Positions 7,935 through 16,553 of a stretch of 64,000 nt of DNA are shown one piece after another. Each line of letters starts with the position of its first letter. Within the stretch, counting starts at the first letter, position 1. The stretch is from NCBI GenBank assembly GCA_012515445.1, contig JAAYYI010000033.1, forward strand, positions 10 through 64,009, given 5' to 3'. The notes beneath the pieces were generated by a model. That model was not told the DNA's origin, did no database searches, and worked only from the letters and a program-made list of their open reading frames with translations. Source of the stretch: Candidatus Bathyarchaeota archaeon. GTDB lineage: Archaea > Thermoproteota > Bathyarchaeia > Bathyarchaeales > Bathycorpusculaceae. The translations under genes and the position numbers were made by a program.

Positions 7935-9371
7935 ACGAACCTTCTGTGCCTACAAAGCATAGAACTCTCCGAGCCCCAAATCCAAGGCAACGCCGTCCAC
8001 ACCGAAGTAACCCTCACCGACCTTTTGGCTAAAAAGAGCAGCTTTAGCCTGCAAGCCAAATACCCCCATGCACTTTCAGAGGCCGACTTACCGCTTCTGC
8101 GACTTGCCAGCGCCATGCCCATCCTTAACTACGGCTTATTCACCGACCAAATCCGATTGAACTACCCCATCAGCCACGCTGACCGTGCACTCCTAAATGA
8201 CCTTCTTGGGCTATTTAGCCGGGACATATTCATCAACAAGCTGGTGCGTCGGAAAAACCCCTATGTGCTCCCTGAGTACCTGCCAACCGAATCTGAGGTT
8301 ACGGAGGAAAACGCCAAGCCCCGAGCTAAAATCATCTCCAAATCGGTGTTTGCTGATGTTCCAATAATCAGCGGGTTAAATGCGAATTCCTGTGGGGTGC
8401 TCTCTAGCGGCGGCAAAGAAAGCCTCCTCACTTACGGCATGCTAAAAGAAGCAGGCGCCAACGTCTACCCCCTCTACGTCAACGAGAGCGGCGGACACTG
8501 GCGAACCGCATTGGCCGCCTACCGATACCATACTAAAACTGAGCCTAACACGGTACGGGTCTGGCTGAACGTAGATCGCTTCTACAACTTCATGCTTGAT
8601 CACCTCCAAATCATACGCCCCAACCACCGCAAAGTCTGGCTCGACACCTACCCCATCCGTCTCTGTATCTTCCCCGTCTACGTATTCTACCTCCTCCCCA
8701 TCTTCGCCGCCCAAAAAATCAGCAACCTTCTAATCGGCAGCGAATTCGACGACCCCCGGCTTGCACCCATCTACCGCGGCATTAAACACTACTTCGGCGT
8801 CTATGACCAAACCCAAGACTACGATTTACGCATGGAGCAATGGTATCAAAAACGCATGCCCACAATGAGGCAATGGAGCGCAGTGCGACCCATCTCAGGC
8901 TTGATTGTGGAACGTATCCTGACCCGCCGCTACCCCAAGCTAGCCAGTGTCCAGCGAAGCTGCCACAGCTGCCGTTTAGAGGGCGGCGAGGTAGTACCAT
9001 GCGGCGACTGCAGCAAATGCCTCGGAATCCAACTGTTCCTGCAGGCTAACGGCGCTGACCCCACAGCCTTGAACTACAGCAAACGGGATGTGGAGCTTTT
9101 CGCTCAGCGTTTCAATCAGGGCAGCTTGAGACTTGACGAGGATGAACGGGAGCATGCAGCCTACTTAGCCAGCCGACATGGCGTTACAGTCACCGGCAAA
9201 GAGAACCCGCATGTCGAGTCAATCCACCTCTACAAAGCCACCGCCGATCTGCAGCTTGTTCCAAAGCAGTTCCGCGCAAAACTTATGGGCATAATCGAGC
9301 AATACACCAACGGCTACACCAAACTCGAAGACGAAAAATGGGTCATCGCCGAGGCGTCTAAAGAGTTTTAA
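7935..9371 (+). CDS. PP-loop (N-type ATP pyrophosphatase) superfamily protein with C-terminal Cys cluster (start ACG 7935 proposed; TTG 8025 alternative)
   Basis: VLSSGGKESLLTYG is a SGGxDS-type PP-loop. The C-terminus has CHSCRLEGGEVVPCGDCSKC. The frame is open from the codon directly after the DUF1611 stop. Confidence 0.6.
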   Translation, partial: TNLLCLQSIELSEPQIQGNAVHTEVTLTDLLAKKSSFSLQAKYPHALSEADLPLLRLASAMPILNYGLFTDQIRLNYPISHADRALLNDLLGLFSRDIFINKLVRRKNPYVLPEYLPTESEVTEENAKPRAKIISKSVFADVPIISGLNANSCGVLSSGGKESLLTYGMLKEAGANVYPLYVNESGGHWRTALAAYRYHTKTEPNTVRVWLNVDRFYNFMLDHLQIIRPNHRKVWLDTYPIRLCIFPVYVFYLLPIFAAQKISNLLIGSEFDDPRLAPIYRGIKHYFGVYDQTQDYDLRMEQWYQKRMPTMRQWSAVRPISGLIVERILTRRYPKLASVQRSCHSCRLEGGEVVPCGDCSKCLGIQLFLQANGADPTALNYSKRDVELFAQRFNQGSLRLDEDEREHAAYLASRHGVTVTGKENPHVESIHLYKATADLQLVPKQFRAKLMGIIEQYTNGYTKLEDEKWVIAEASKEF

Positions 9372-9825
9372 CCATTTGAACGGCGTCGCGTGAGCCATGG
9401 TGCTCAAAGCGGTAATACCCCGCCAGCTGCTTTTTGGGCTTGTAACCGGCTTTCTGGTAGAGTGCGATGGCGGTTTTGTTGCCCTCGGAGACCTCAAGCT
9501 GAGAGAAGTTTAGCCCTCGCCGTCTCATTTCCTCTTCGGCAGCAAAGAGCAGCCGCAGCCCGATGCCTTGACCCTGATAAGCTGGGTCAACATCCAGCGT
9601 TTCAAGGTAACCGCCCCGAGTGCCCTTGCGGTAGAGCGCCACAATAAAGCCCCTGATGACTTCTGCGCATGTTTCGACGAGGCAGGTGCTGTTGGCTTTG
9701 TAGATGAGGTAGGCAAGCTGGCTTTTGGGGTAGGCGGTGGCTCCAGTGAAACAGCGGTTTTCGATTGCGACAATGGCTTCAATGTCGCTGGGTTCTGCAT
9801 TGCGAATTACTGCTGCTTCAGCCAT
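9358..9825 (-). CDS. GNAT acetyltransferase, RimI-like
   Basis: 155-aa ORF with IRNAEPSDIEAIVAIE, YQGQGIGLRLL and NKTAIALYQKAGY. Size and motifs match N-terminal acetyltransferases of the RimI type. Confidence 0.8.
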   Translation of the reverse strand: MAEAAVIRNAEPSDIEAIVAIENRCFTGATAYPKSQLAYLIYKANSTCLVETCAEVIRGFIVALYRKGTRGGYLETLDVDPAYQGQGIGLRLLFAAEEEMRRRGLNFSQLEVSEGNKTAIALYQKAGYKPKKQLAGYYRFEHHGSRDAVQMVKTL

Positions 9826-9959
9826 GTATGGTCAACTGGATAGAACATCGAGGCTTCTTTGGGAAAAACATTTCGATGCTATACAATCAGGCAACTTCTC
9901 TTTTTTCGACACCTATTTATCTTCTTATTTGTTTAACCTCTCCATCAGAGTTGAGACAT

Positions 9960-10925
9960 ATGCCCAAAGAATCAAATGAAGCGCATAAAATCGCAGTTAA
10001 AGATTACCAGTTCACAGAAAACATGACTGTAGACGAGCTTGTCAAGCAGATGGAGTTAGCTTGGGGTTTCACGGCGGGCAAGCTGGCTACAGGCGTCAAC
10101 ATAATGGAAGCCATGATCGACGACAAGAAATGCGTCAAAATCCTCTCGTTCACCGCCGACATCATCGCTACAGGCACAAGAGGTGTCATCCGCGAACTAG
10201 TCAAGCGCAAACTAGTCGATGTTATAATAACCACCTGCGGCACACTCGACCATGATGTCGCCCGCGTTACCCGCGATTATTACAAGGGTAGCTTCATGAT
10301 GAGCGACAGCAAACTGCACCATGAAGGCGTCAACCGACTCGGCAACGTCCTTGTACCAAACGACAGCTATGGTACAGTTATCGAAAAGAAAATCCTCGGT
10401 TTACTTGAAGAACTCTATAAAGAAGGCAAAAAAGAACTATCCACAATGGAGCTGAACCGCGAAATCGGCTTAAGATGCGTCGACGAAACCTCAATTGCAT
10501 ATTGGGCAGCTAAAAACGATATCCCAATCATCGTGCCCGGACCCACAGATGGCTCAGTAGGCTACCAACTCTGGTACTTCAGTCAAGACCACAAAGACTT
10601 CCGCATAAACATCCTGAAAGACGAGGAATACCTAAACAACCTCATCTTCGACGCCAAAAAAACCGGCGCCCTCATCGTCGGCGGCGGCATCAGCAAGCAC
10701 CACACGATCTGGTGGAACCAGTTCAAAGACGGACTCGACTATGTCGTCTACATATCGACGGCGGACGAGTGGGATGGCAGCTTAAGCGGCGCTCGGCCAC
10801 GTGAAGCAGTATCGTGGGGCAAGATTAACGAGAAGGCAAAGATGACGATGATCGAAGGCGACGCCACCATGGTGTTGCCGGTAATCACAGCGGCCTTGAT
10901 TGATCGCTTAAGTAAAAAGAAGTAA
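9960..10925 (+). CDS. dys: Deoxyhypusine synthase
   Basis: 321 aa from ATG 9960. Motifs are TADIIATGTRG, ITTCGTLDHD, GGGISKHH and DGSLSGARPREAVSWGKI, the last carrying the catalytic Lys. Confidence 0.85.
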   Translation: MPKESNEAHKIAVKDYQFTENMTVDELVKQMELAWGFTAGKLATGVNIMEAMIDDKKCVKILSFTADIIATGTRGVIRELVKRKLVDVIITTCGTLDHDVARVTRDYYKGSFMMSDSKLHHEGVNRLGNVLVPNDSYGTVIEKKILGLLEELYKEGKKELSTMELNREIGLRCVDETSIAYWAAKNDIPIIVPGPTDGSVGYQLWYFSQDHKDFRINILKDEEYLNNLIFDAKKTGALIVGGGISKHHTIWWNQFKDGLDYVVYISTADEWDGSLSGARPREAVSWGKINEKAKMTMIEGDATMVLPVITAALIDRLSKKK

Positions 10926-10986
10926 ACCTTCTTTTTCATTATTTTTAGTACAATAAAGTCTGTTTTGAAAAATAAAAGAAAGAAAA

Positions 10987-12066
10987 TTATGCCTTTGGCA
11001 TATCTTTGAAGATCCAACTCATGTCTGGACCCTTGCGTTTCTCAGTTACGCGCTCAGAGAGTGCGTGGCATATGAGTGGCAGCGCGATTGTTGCGTCACA
11101 GTAGCAGACTGCGCGTGTACCGGTTTGGCTGTTGATTTTGCCCCAGCTGATAGCTTCCTCAAGTGTGCATCCGGATAGTCCGCCCCATTGTGGGCTGTCG
11201 GTGGTGATTTGGATGGCGTATTTGTGGGGGTAGTAGTATTCCTGTATGCTTTTGCGTAAGCCGCCTTTTCTGCCTTTGACACCTTGGTCTTCGGTCATTG
11301 GTGAAACGGAGATGGCGATGAGCTGGGTTAGGTCTTTTGGTACGCCGCCGCCGATGTAGACGACGCCGACTTCTTTGGTTTTTGTGCCGATCTGGACGAA
11401 CTGGTCGAATTCTTTAACGCTGTCGACGTGGACGTTGTGCCCTTTGTTCTTTGCCAAGAGGAAGGTTTCGCCGTAGGCGCTGTCAACCATTGCTGGACTG
11501 AAGATTGGGACGCCGTTAGCTGCCGCAACTGCGGTGATGGCTGGAACCTTTTTCTTGCCGAGGAATTTGCCTAGGCCATGGAGAAATTCTGCGGATGTAT
11601 ACATGTAGTCTTGGTTGCAGGTCATGACGTAGTCTGTAACTAGGTCTTCCATTTCGCGGTAGTCTGTTTCTTTGCCATAGACATCGTAGTATCTGTTGAC
11701 GTCGTCGTTTAGGAGCTGTGCGTCGTCAACCATGTGGCTGCCTTGGTAGTAGCCTAGGCCCATTGCGTCAACGATGTCCTCAGATACGTTTGCGCCTGTG
11801 GAGATCAAGACGTCGATGAAGCGGTTCTCGATAAGCCAGTTGATGATTGTCCATTGGCCCGCTGTGCTCATGGAGCCTGCGAATCCGAGGGCGATGACTG
11901 TGTCTTTTTCTCTAATCATGTTTTCCCAGACATCGACGGCTTCGCCTAGTTTGCGGCCTTGGTAGGCGGTTTTACTCATTTCTTTTAGTAACTGTGAAAT
12001 GGGTTTTTGCTTAGTAACCTTGATGGGTTCTAGCTTCTTACTAAAATAGTCGTTACCTTTTGTCAT
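10987..12066 (-). CDS. Deoxyhypusine synthase-family paralogue
   Basis: 359 aa from ATG 12066. Motifs are GFAGSMSTAG, LISTGANVSED, GGGVPKD and GGLSGCTLEEAISWGKI; the SWGK Lys is retained. Confidence 0.75.
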   Translation of the reverse strand: MTKGNDYFSKKLEPIKVTKQKPISQLLKEMSKTAYQGRKLGEAVDVWENMIREKDTVIALGFAGSMSTAGQWTIINWLIENRFIDVLISTGANVSEDIVDAMGLGYYQGSHMVDDAQLLNDDVNRYYDVYGKETDYREMEDLVTDYVMTCNQDYMYTSAEFLHGLGKFLGKKKVPAITAVAAANGVPIFSPAMVDSAYGETFLLAKNKGHNVHVDSVKEFDQFVQIGTKTKEVGVVYIGGGVPKDLTQLIAISVSPMTEDQGVKGRKGGLRKSIQEYYYPHKYAIQITTDSPQWGGLSGCTLEEAISWGKINSQTGTRAVCYCDATIALPLICHALSERVTEKRKGPDMSWIFKDMPKA

Positions 12067-12279
12067 GTTAATTGGACACCTGTGTCGTTGTAAATAATAG
12101 GCTTGTATTAAAAATTTATTATTTAAAAAAGAGGCAAACAATAGTCTGTTGAACTAAAAAAAGGGCATTATTTTGAGATAGATAAATTCGGAGCCTGTTT
12201 CGCAGCCAAATAAAGGTGGGAAGCTTGACTTACCAGCCTGTTCGGCGCTGATGATGCTGTTTTTAAGTGTCAGACGCTG

Positions 12280-14223
12280 CTACATTTTTTCTGGCGCTGT
12301 TACTCCGACTAGGTTGAGGGTGTTTCGCATGACGGTTTGGATAGCTTTTGTTAGGGCGAGTCGTGCGTCGCCGAGTTTCGGGTTGTCGGCTTTCAGCACG
12401 GGGTATGCGTTGTAGAATGTGTTGAATTTATCTGCGAGTGCGTTTGCGTAGTCGGCGATCATGGCGGGTTTTAGGTACTCTGTTGCTTCGATGAACATGT
12501 CTGGGAAGTTTGCGAGGTTTAAGATGAGTTCCTTCTCCAGCTTCTCCGCCAGTAGGCCATAGTCAACGTTTTCCGGTTCACGTCCAGCTTTGCGGATGAT
12601 ACTGCAAGCACGTGCGTGGGTGTACTGCACGTATGGTGCGCTGTTGGTTTCGAAGTTAAGCACACGCTCCCACGTAAACACCACAGGCTTTCCCGGGTCA
12701 ACATCGATAAGTGCATATCGGACTGCGCCTAACCCGACGAAGTTGGCGATGTTATGCTTCTCCGCCTCGCTCAGCATTGGCGAGCGCTTGGTAACCTCCT
12801 CGTACGCGCGCCTAACTGCCTCGTCTAATACTTCGTCGAAGGTGATGTAGTGCCCTCGTCGGCTGCTCATCTTGTAACCCGGCAACGTAACCAGGTTGTA
12901 GGCGAAGTGTACTAGGTTGTCAGCGTCTTTACCGTGGCCCAATGCGTAGAGCGCCAACTTTAGCTGGAGCTGCGCAAGAGACTGCTCCATACCGATGACG
13001 TTGATGACTTTTTCGGCGTGCCTAAACTTCCAAATCGTGTATGCGATGTCGCGGGTGGTGTAGAGTGTTGTGCCGTCTGCACGTACCAGCGTTAAAGGCG
13101 GAACTTCGTTGTTTGGGCTTAATCCAAGTTTAGCTTTGAGGTTGAGGGTGTTAGCTGCTTTGTCGGCGTTGAATTGCTGTACGCCTTTCTCGTTGAAGAT
13201 AAACGGGGTTGACTGCAGCTTCGTCATGACTTCGCTTACCTGCGGCGTCCAAACGAAGTCGCTTTCCCAATCCCACGAGTCATAGGTAACTCCGACACGT
13301 TGCATTGTCGCTCGGAACCCGTCTAAGCAGAGGTCGCTGACTTCGCGGATTAACTCTTTAGCGGCTGGTTGTCCGTCTTCGTATCCACGGTTTAAGCGGC
13401 TGATTTCGCCTTCCGGATCATCGTCGAAGCTGATTTTTTTGAGTAATGTGTCGAAGAGCACGGGGTATTTCTCGCGTAGCTCAGCAGAGATCGATACCCA
13501 CTCGTCGAGTTCCTTGTTAGCTTTAGCCAGCTCTTCTGGGTTGTCAGCGGCTTTGGCTTGGAGCTTCTTTAGGCGGTTGATTTCCACGATGCAGCAGGTA
13601 ACCGTGTAGATTTTGCCAACGAAATGATCGGATTTCTCAGTCGGTTTAGGCTTGCCTAGCTTGGCGTATCCATATGCGACTACGCTGGATTGGCGTCCGA
13701 CGTCGTCTATGTAGTAGTGTCGGGATACGTTGTGGCCTCTGAGTTGCAGGATGCGCGCAATGGTGTCGCCGATTGTTGGGTTGCGTGCCTGACCGATGTG
13801 GATTGGGTGGAGTGGATTGACGCTTGTGTGCTCCACAATGATTTTTTGGGGCTGATCTGTTTTAACGAAGCCGTAGCTTTTGTCCAACTCTTTTATGGAG
13901 GTGAAGATTAAAGCGCTGAATTTTGCGAAGTCAACGTAGAAGTTAATGTATCCTGCACCTGCAGGCTCAACCTTCTCGATTAAGTCGAAGCCTGACTTGT
14001 CAACTGCGTCAGACAATTGCTTAGCTAAGTCGGTTGGTTTCTGTTTCAGCTGTTTTGCCAGCTCGAAGCACAGTGAAGTAGCCAGTTGGCCGTAGTCGAT
14101 GTTGGGTGTTTTCTTAAGAACTATGGTTGGCTGTTTAATATCGGGTAGAGACTTTGCCAAGGCGGCTGCTAATGCAGTTTGGCATTCAGCTCTGAACAGC
14201 TCATATGGGTTTTGTGCAATCAT
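12280..14223 (-). CDS. argS: Arginine--tRNA ligase
   Basis: 647-aa ORF with SVNPLHPIHIGQARN (HIGH region) and KMSSRRG (KMSKS-like). The C-terminal anticodon-binding domain pattern ends ...GVTAPEKM. Confidence 0.95.
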   Translation of the reverse strand: MIAQNPYELFRAECQTALAAALAKSLPDIKQPTIVLKKTPNIDYGQLATSLCFELAKQLKQKPTDLAKQLSDAVDKSGFDLIEKVEPAGAGYINFYVDFAKFSALIFTSIKELDKSYGFVKTDQPQKIIVEHTSVNPLHPIHIGQARNPTIGDTIARILQLRGHNVSRHYYIDDVGRQSSVVAYGYAKLGKPKPTEKSDHFVGKIYTVTCCIVEINRLKKLQAKAADNPEELAKANKELDEWVSISAELREKYPVLFDTLLKKISFDDDPEGEISRLNRGYEDGQPAAKELIREVSDLCLDGFRATMQRVGVTYDSWDWESDFVWTPQVSEVMTKLQSTPFIFNEKGVQQFNADKAANTLNLKAKLGLSPNNEVPPLTLVRADGTTLYTTRDIAYTIWKFRHAEKVINVIGMEQSLAQLQLKLALYALGHGKDADNLVHFAYNLVTLPGYKMSSRRGHYITFDEVLDEAVRRAYEEVTKRSPMLSEAEKHNIANFVGLGAVRYALIDVDPGKPVVFTWERVLNFETNSAPYVQYTHARACSIIRKAGREPENVDYGLLAEKLEKELILNLANFPDMFIEATEYLKPAMIADYANALADKFNTFYNAYPVLKADNPKLGDARLALTKAIQTVMRNTLNLVGVTAPEKM

Positions 14224-14270
14224 GCGATGTTGCGCTCCTAATGTATTTGGCTAATGTAAGGTTAGCAACG

Positions 14271-14282
14271 TTATATTTTAAA
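14271..14282. promoter_or_regulatory. Putative TATA box in the argS / deacetylase divergent region
   Basis: TTATATTTTAAA ends 40 nt upstream of ATG 14322. Confidence 0.35.
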
Positions 14283-14321
14283 TGCAATGGAAGTGCATTA
14301 GTACAGCGGATGCAGTAAACG

Positions 14322-15170
14322 ATGAAAACCAAGCTAGTCTATTCAGAAAAGTGTTTAGGCTATGGCACTTGGCACATTGAGGGGCCTCAAAGAGTAAAAA
14401 TTGCACATGATATTCTGCAGGAGAAGGGCTACAGCTTTGTTGAGCCTACAGCGGCAACTGAGGACCAAGTGCTCAATGCACATGACATGGAGTACCTTTG
14501 GAATCTTAGAAAAGGAATGGTGGAAGACTCTGACACGCCAGCTTACGATAACATCATTGAATTCGCTTGCCTGTCTGCGGGTGCAGCGATCGTGGCATCG
14601 AAGATCGGCGGCTTTTCGCTTACGCGTCCACCTGGACACCACTGCGGTAGGTATGGGTCTGCGTTGGGTGTTTATACACGTGGCTTCTGCTACCTCAATA
14701 ACATCGCTATCGCTGTAAAGGATTCAGCTAAAAAAACGCTGATACTAGACATTGATGGGCACCACGGGAATGGTACGCAGGAGATTTTTTTATGTGACCC
14801 CAAAGTGACTTACGTGTCTGTTCATCAGTCGCCGAATTTTCCGGGGACAGGTAAAGTGACGGAGGGAAACTGCATTAACTTTGAGTTGCAGCCAAACGTC
14901 GGAGGTAATGTCTACCTGGTAACGTTGGATAAAGCGTTAAGCTGCGTTAACCCAAAAGAGTATGAAGCGCTGGCGGTTTCCGCTGGGTTTGATACGCATA
15001 GCTGCGATTTAGCGTCACTGGGTCTAGTAACTGAGGACTATTACATGATCGGCAAACGCGTTGCAGCTTTAGGGTTGCCAACGTTCTTTGTTTTAGAAGG
15101 CGGCTACAATGGACAAAACGTCGGTTTAGATGTTGACTCGTTTTTGAGGGGTTACGAAGAAAACCGTTAA
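14322..15170 (+). CDS. Histone deacetylase-family amidohydrolase (AcuC / acetylpolyamine amidohydrolase-like)
   Basis: 282-aa ORF with RPPGHH, DIDGHHGNGTQ and EGGY motifs. Confidence 0.85.
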   Translation: MKTKLVYSEKCLGYGTWHIEGPQRVKIAHDILQEKGYSFVEPTAATEDQVLNAHDMEYLWNLRKGMVEDSDTPAYDNIIEFACLSAGAAIVASKIGGFSLTRPPGHHCGRYGSALGVYTRGFCYLNNIAIAVKDSAKKTLILDIDGHHGNGTQEIFLCDPKVTYVSVHQSPNFPGTGKVTEGNCINFELQPNVGGNVYLVTLDKALSCVNPKEYEALAVSAGFDTHSCDLASLGLVTEDYYMIGKRVAALGLPTFFVLEGGYNGQNVGLDVDSFLRGYEENR

Positions 15171-15190
15171 CCCCAATAAATTGGAAAAAT

Positions 15191-15823
15191 TTATTGTTCT
15201 TGCTCTGCTGCTTTTTTGTCTTCGGCGCGTTTGTTGATTGCGTCGATTTTCTCTGCGATGCGCTCACTGCGCTGCTCTGCTGCTGTGATGAGTGGCTTCC
15301 AGTCTTTGCGTTTAACGATAGCTGCTAACTGCTCGGTTTGAGCTGGCAGTTTTGCTAATGCGTCGTTAAAGTGGCTGTCTGCTGCTTCGTCAGAGTCTAC
15401 CGTGCAAAGTGCCTCTTCGGGGCATGCTTGGATGCAGCGTGTTTCGCCGTTGCATAGGTTGCATGCGATGGCTTTGCCGGTTTCAGCGTTAATTGCTATT
15501 CCACCGTGTGGGCAGGCTTGGACACACCAATCGCAGCCTTTGCACTTCTTTTCGTCGATGATTAGTAAGCTGTTTATTTCGCTTTGTGTGATTGCGCGTT
15601 CTGGGCATGCTTTTACGCATCTTGCGTCGTGGCAGCCTCTGCAGGTTAATGCGAAGTTGAATACTGGTGCCATGCGGACAACTCGGATTCTGCTTCTTAT
15701 GGGGTTCCAGTTGTTTACTTCACCTTTTTCGCTGGAGCAGGCGTATTCACAGATTCCGCAGCCGATACATTTGCTTGGGTCCACTGCGACGAATTTTCTT
15801 GGTAATGTTTTAGCGGACGACAT
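15191..15823 (-). CDS. 4Fe-4S multi-cluster ferredoxin-domain protein (DmsB/HybA-like)
   Basis: 210-aa ORF with four Cys groups: CIGCGICEYAC, CRGCHDARCVKACP, CKGCDWCVQACP and CNLCNGETRCIQACP. The C-terminus is a charged helical tail. Confidence 0.8.
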   Translation of the reverse strand: MSSAKTLPRKFVAVDPSKCIGCGICEYACSSEKGEVNNWNPIRSRIRVVRMAPVFNFALTCRGCHDARCVKACPERAITQSEINSLLIIDEKKCKGCDWCVQACPHGGIAINAETGKAIACNLCNGETRCIQACPEEALCTVDSDEAADSHFNDALAKLPAQTEQLAAIVKRKDWKPLITAAEQRSERIAEKIDAINKRAEDKKAAEQEQ

Positions 15824-16063
15824 ATTGTGACCAAACCTTTCGGTGTTAAAGTATCACTGTGCATCGTAGGCTTTTATGCATTACCCAAGAAAAATAATTT
15901 TTTATCAACATAAGCATGTTGAAACCCACTTTTGGGTCAGCTCTTGGTAATATTTGATAACTTAGTGCTCTGTTGAAGGTTTGTTTACCGTTTAGGTGGT
16001 TAGGGAGGCGATTTCTATAAGTTTCGTTGAAAGCAAGCATAGCAGACTTCTGTTGCTCTCCAG

Positions 16064-16100
16064 CTACCCCCCGCCCCCTATATAACAGTAGATCAAAATT
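16064..16100. repeat. Mosaic repeat, copy H (C-rich/TATA-like module + CAGTAGATCAAAA module)
   Basis: CTACCCCCCGCCCCCTATATAACAGTAGATCAAAATT; compare the reverse complement of 17863-17894 (GGGGTATATAGCAGTAGATCAAAAATCTG). Confidence 0.6.
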
Positions 16101-16292
16101 GTTTAGAATCCTTTTTTCTCTGTGGGTCGGTAGAAATAACCACAAAGAATTCGTTCCAGCGTTGTTGTTCTTTAAACAGGTAGATTAAAATCATAGAATG
16201 TTAAACTTCGTTCTACCATTTTTGCTTTGAAAAAGCGCTTGTTTAGGAAGAAGAAAAAATCGTCTTTTTCGGGGGAACCAAAGTTTTTTCTT

Positions 16293-16553
16293 TCACAGCG
16301 CGCTCTCCGTTTTATCGTTACATTGAATCCTGATTAGCATGGATAATCCGTTTTCCCCATGTGGCAGTCCCTTATGCCAATGTGCTGAGTGCTGGAAAGT
16401 ATGCACTTCTTTTCTGGTGTTGCTTGACAGGAAATCAACTGTGTTATCCATTAGTGATACGATTTCGAGTTTAGCAGTCTCTTTTAAGGCTACAGTCAAG
16501 ACGCCACCTCTAAAGGGATCCGCGGTAATGAACTGTTGAGGGACAGCCGACAC
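16293..16553 (-). pseudogene. N-terminal fragment of an MBL-fold (DHPS-like metallo-beta-lactamase fold) gene
   Basis: The 86-aa ORF reads LEIVSLMDNTVDFLSS...GENGLSMLI, like the first 70 aa of about 270-aa MBL-fold proteins, then stops. Its 5' end overlaps the Lrp gene 3' end by 44 nt. No continuation is seen in any frame. Confidence 0.35.

Noticed and set aside
9765-9959. 65-codon N-terminal extension of the deoxyhypusine synthase ORF
   Set aside because: The extension overlaps the RimI-like gene on the opposite strand and has no DHS similarity. Homology begins right after ATG 9960.
12067-12141. 25-codon extension of the second DHS-family ORF
   Set aside because: The extra residues (MFASFLNNKFLIQAYYLQRHRCPIN) are AT-rich promoter-like sequence. 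The family N-terminus fits ATG 12066.
15402-15830. 142-aa plus-strand ORF antisense to the ferredoxin gene, and the 141-aa ORF at 16697-17122 antisense to the Lrp gene
   Set aside because: These are shadow ORFs. The opposite-strand products carry unambiguous Cys-cluster and HTH motifs.
15846-16145. 99-aa minus-strand ORF in the long gap
   Set aside because: It has no SD or motif and spans the mosaic repeat copy H. Its composition is atypical of the neighbouring genes.
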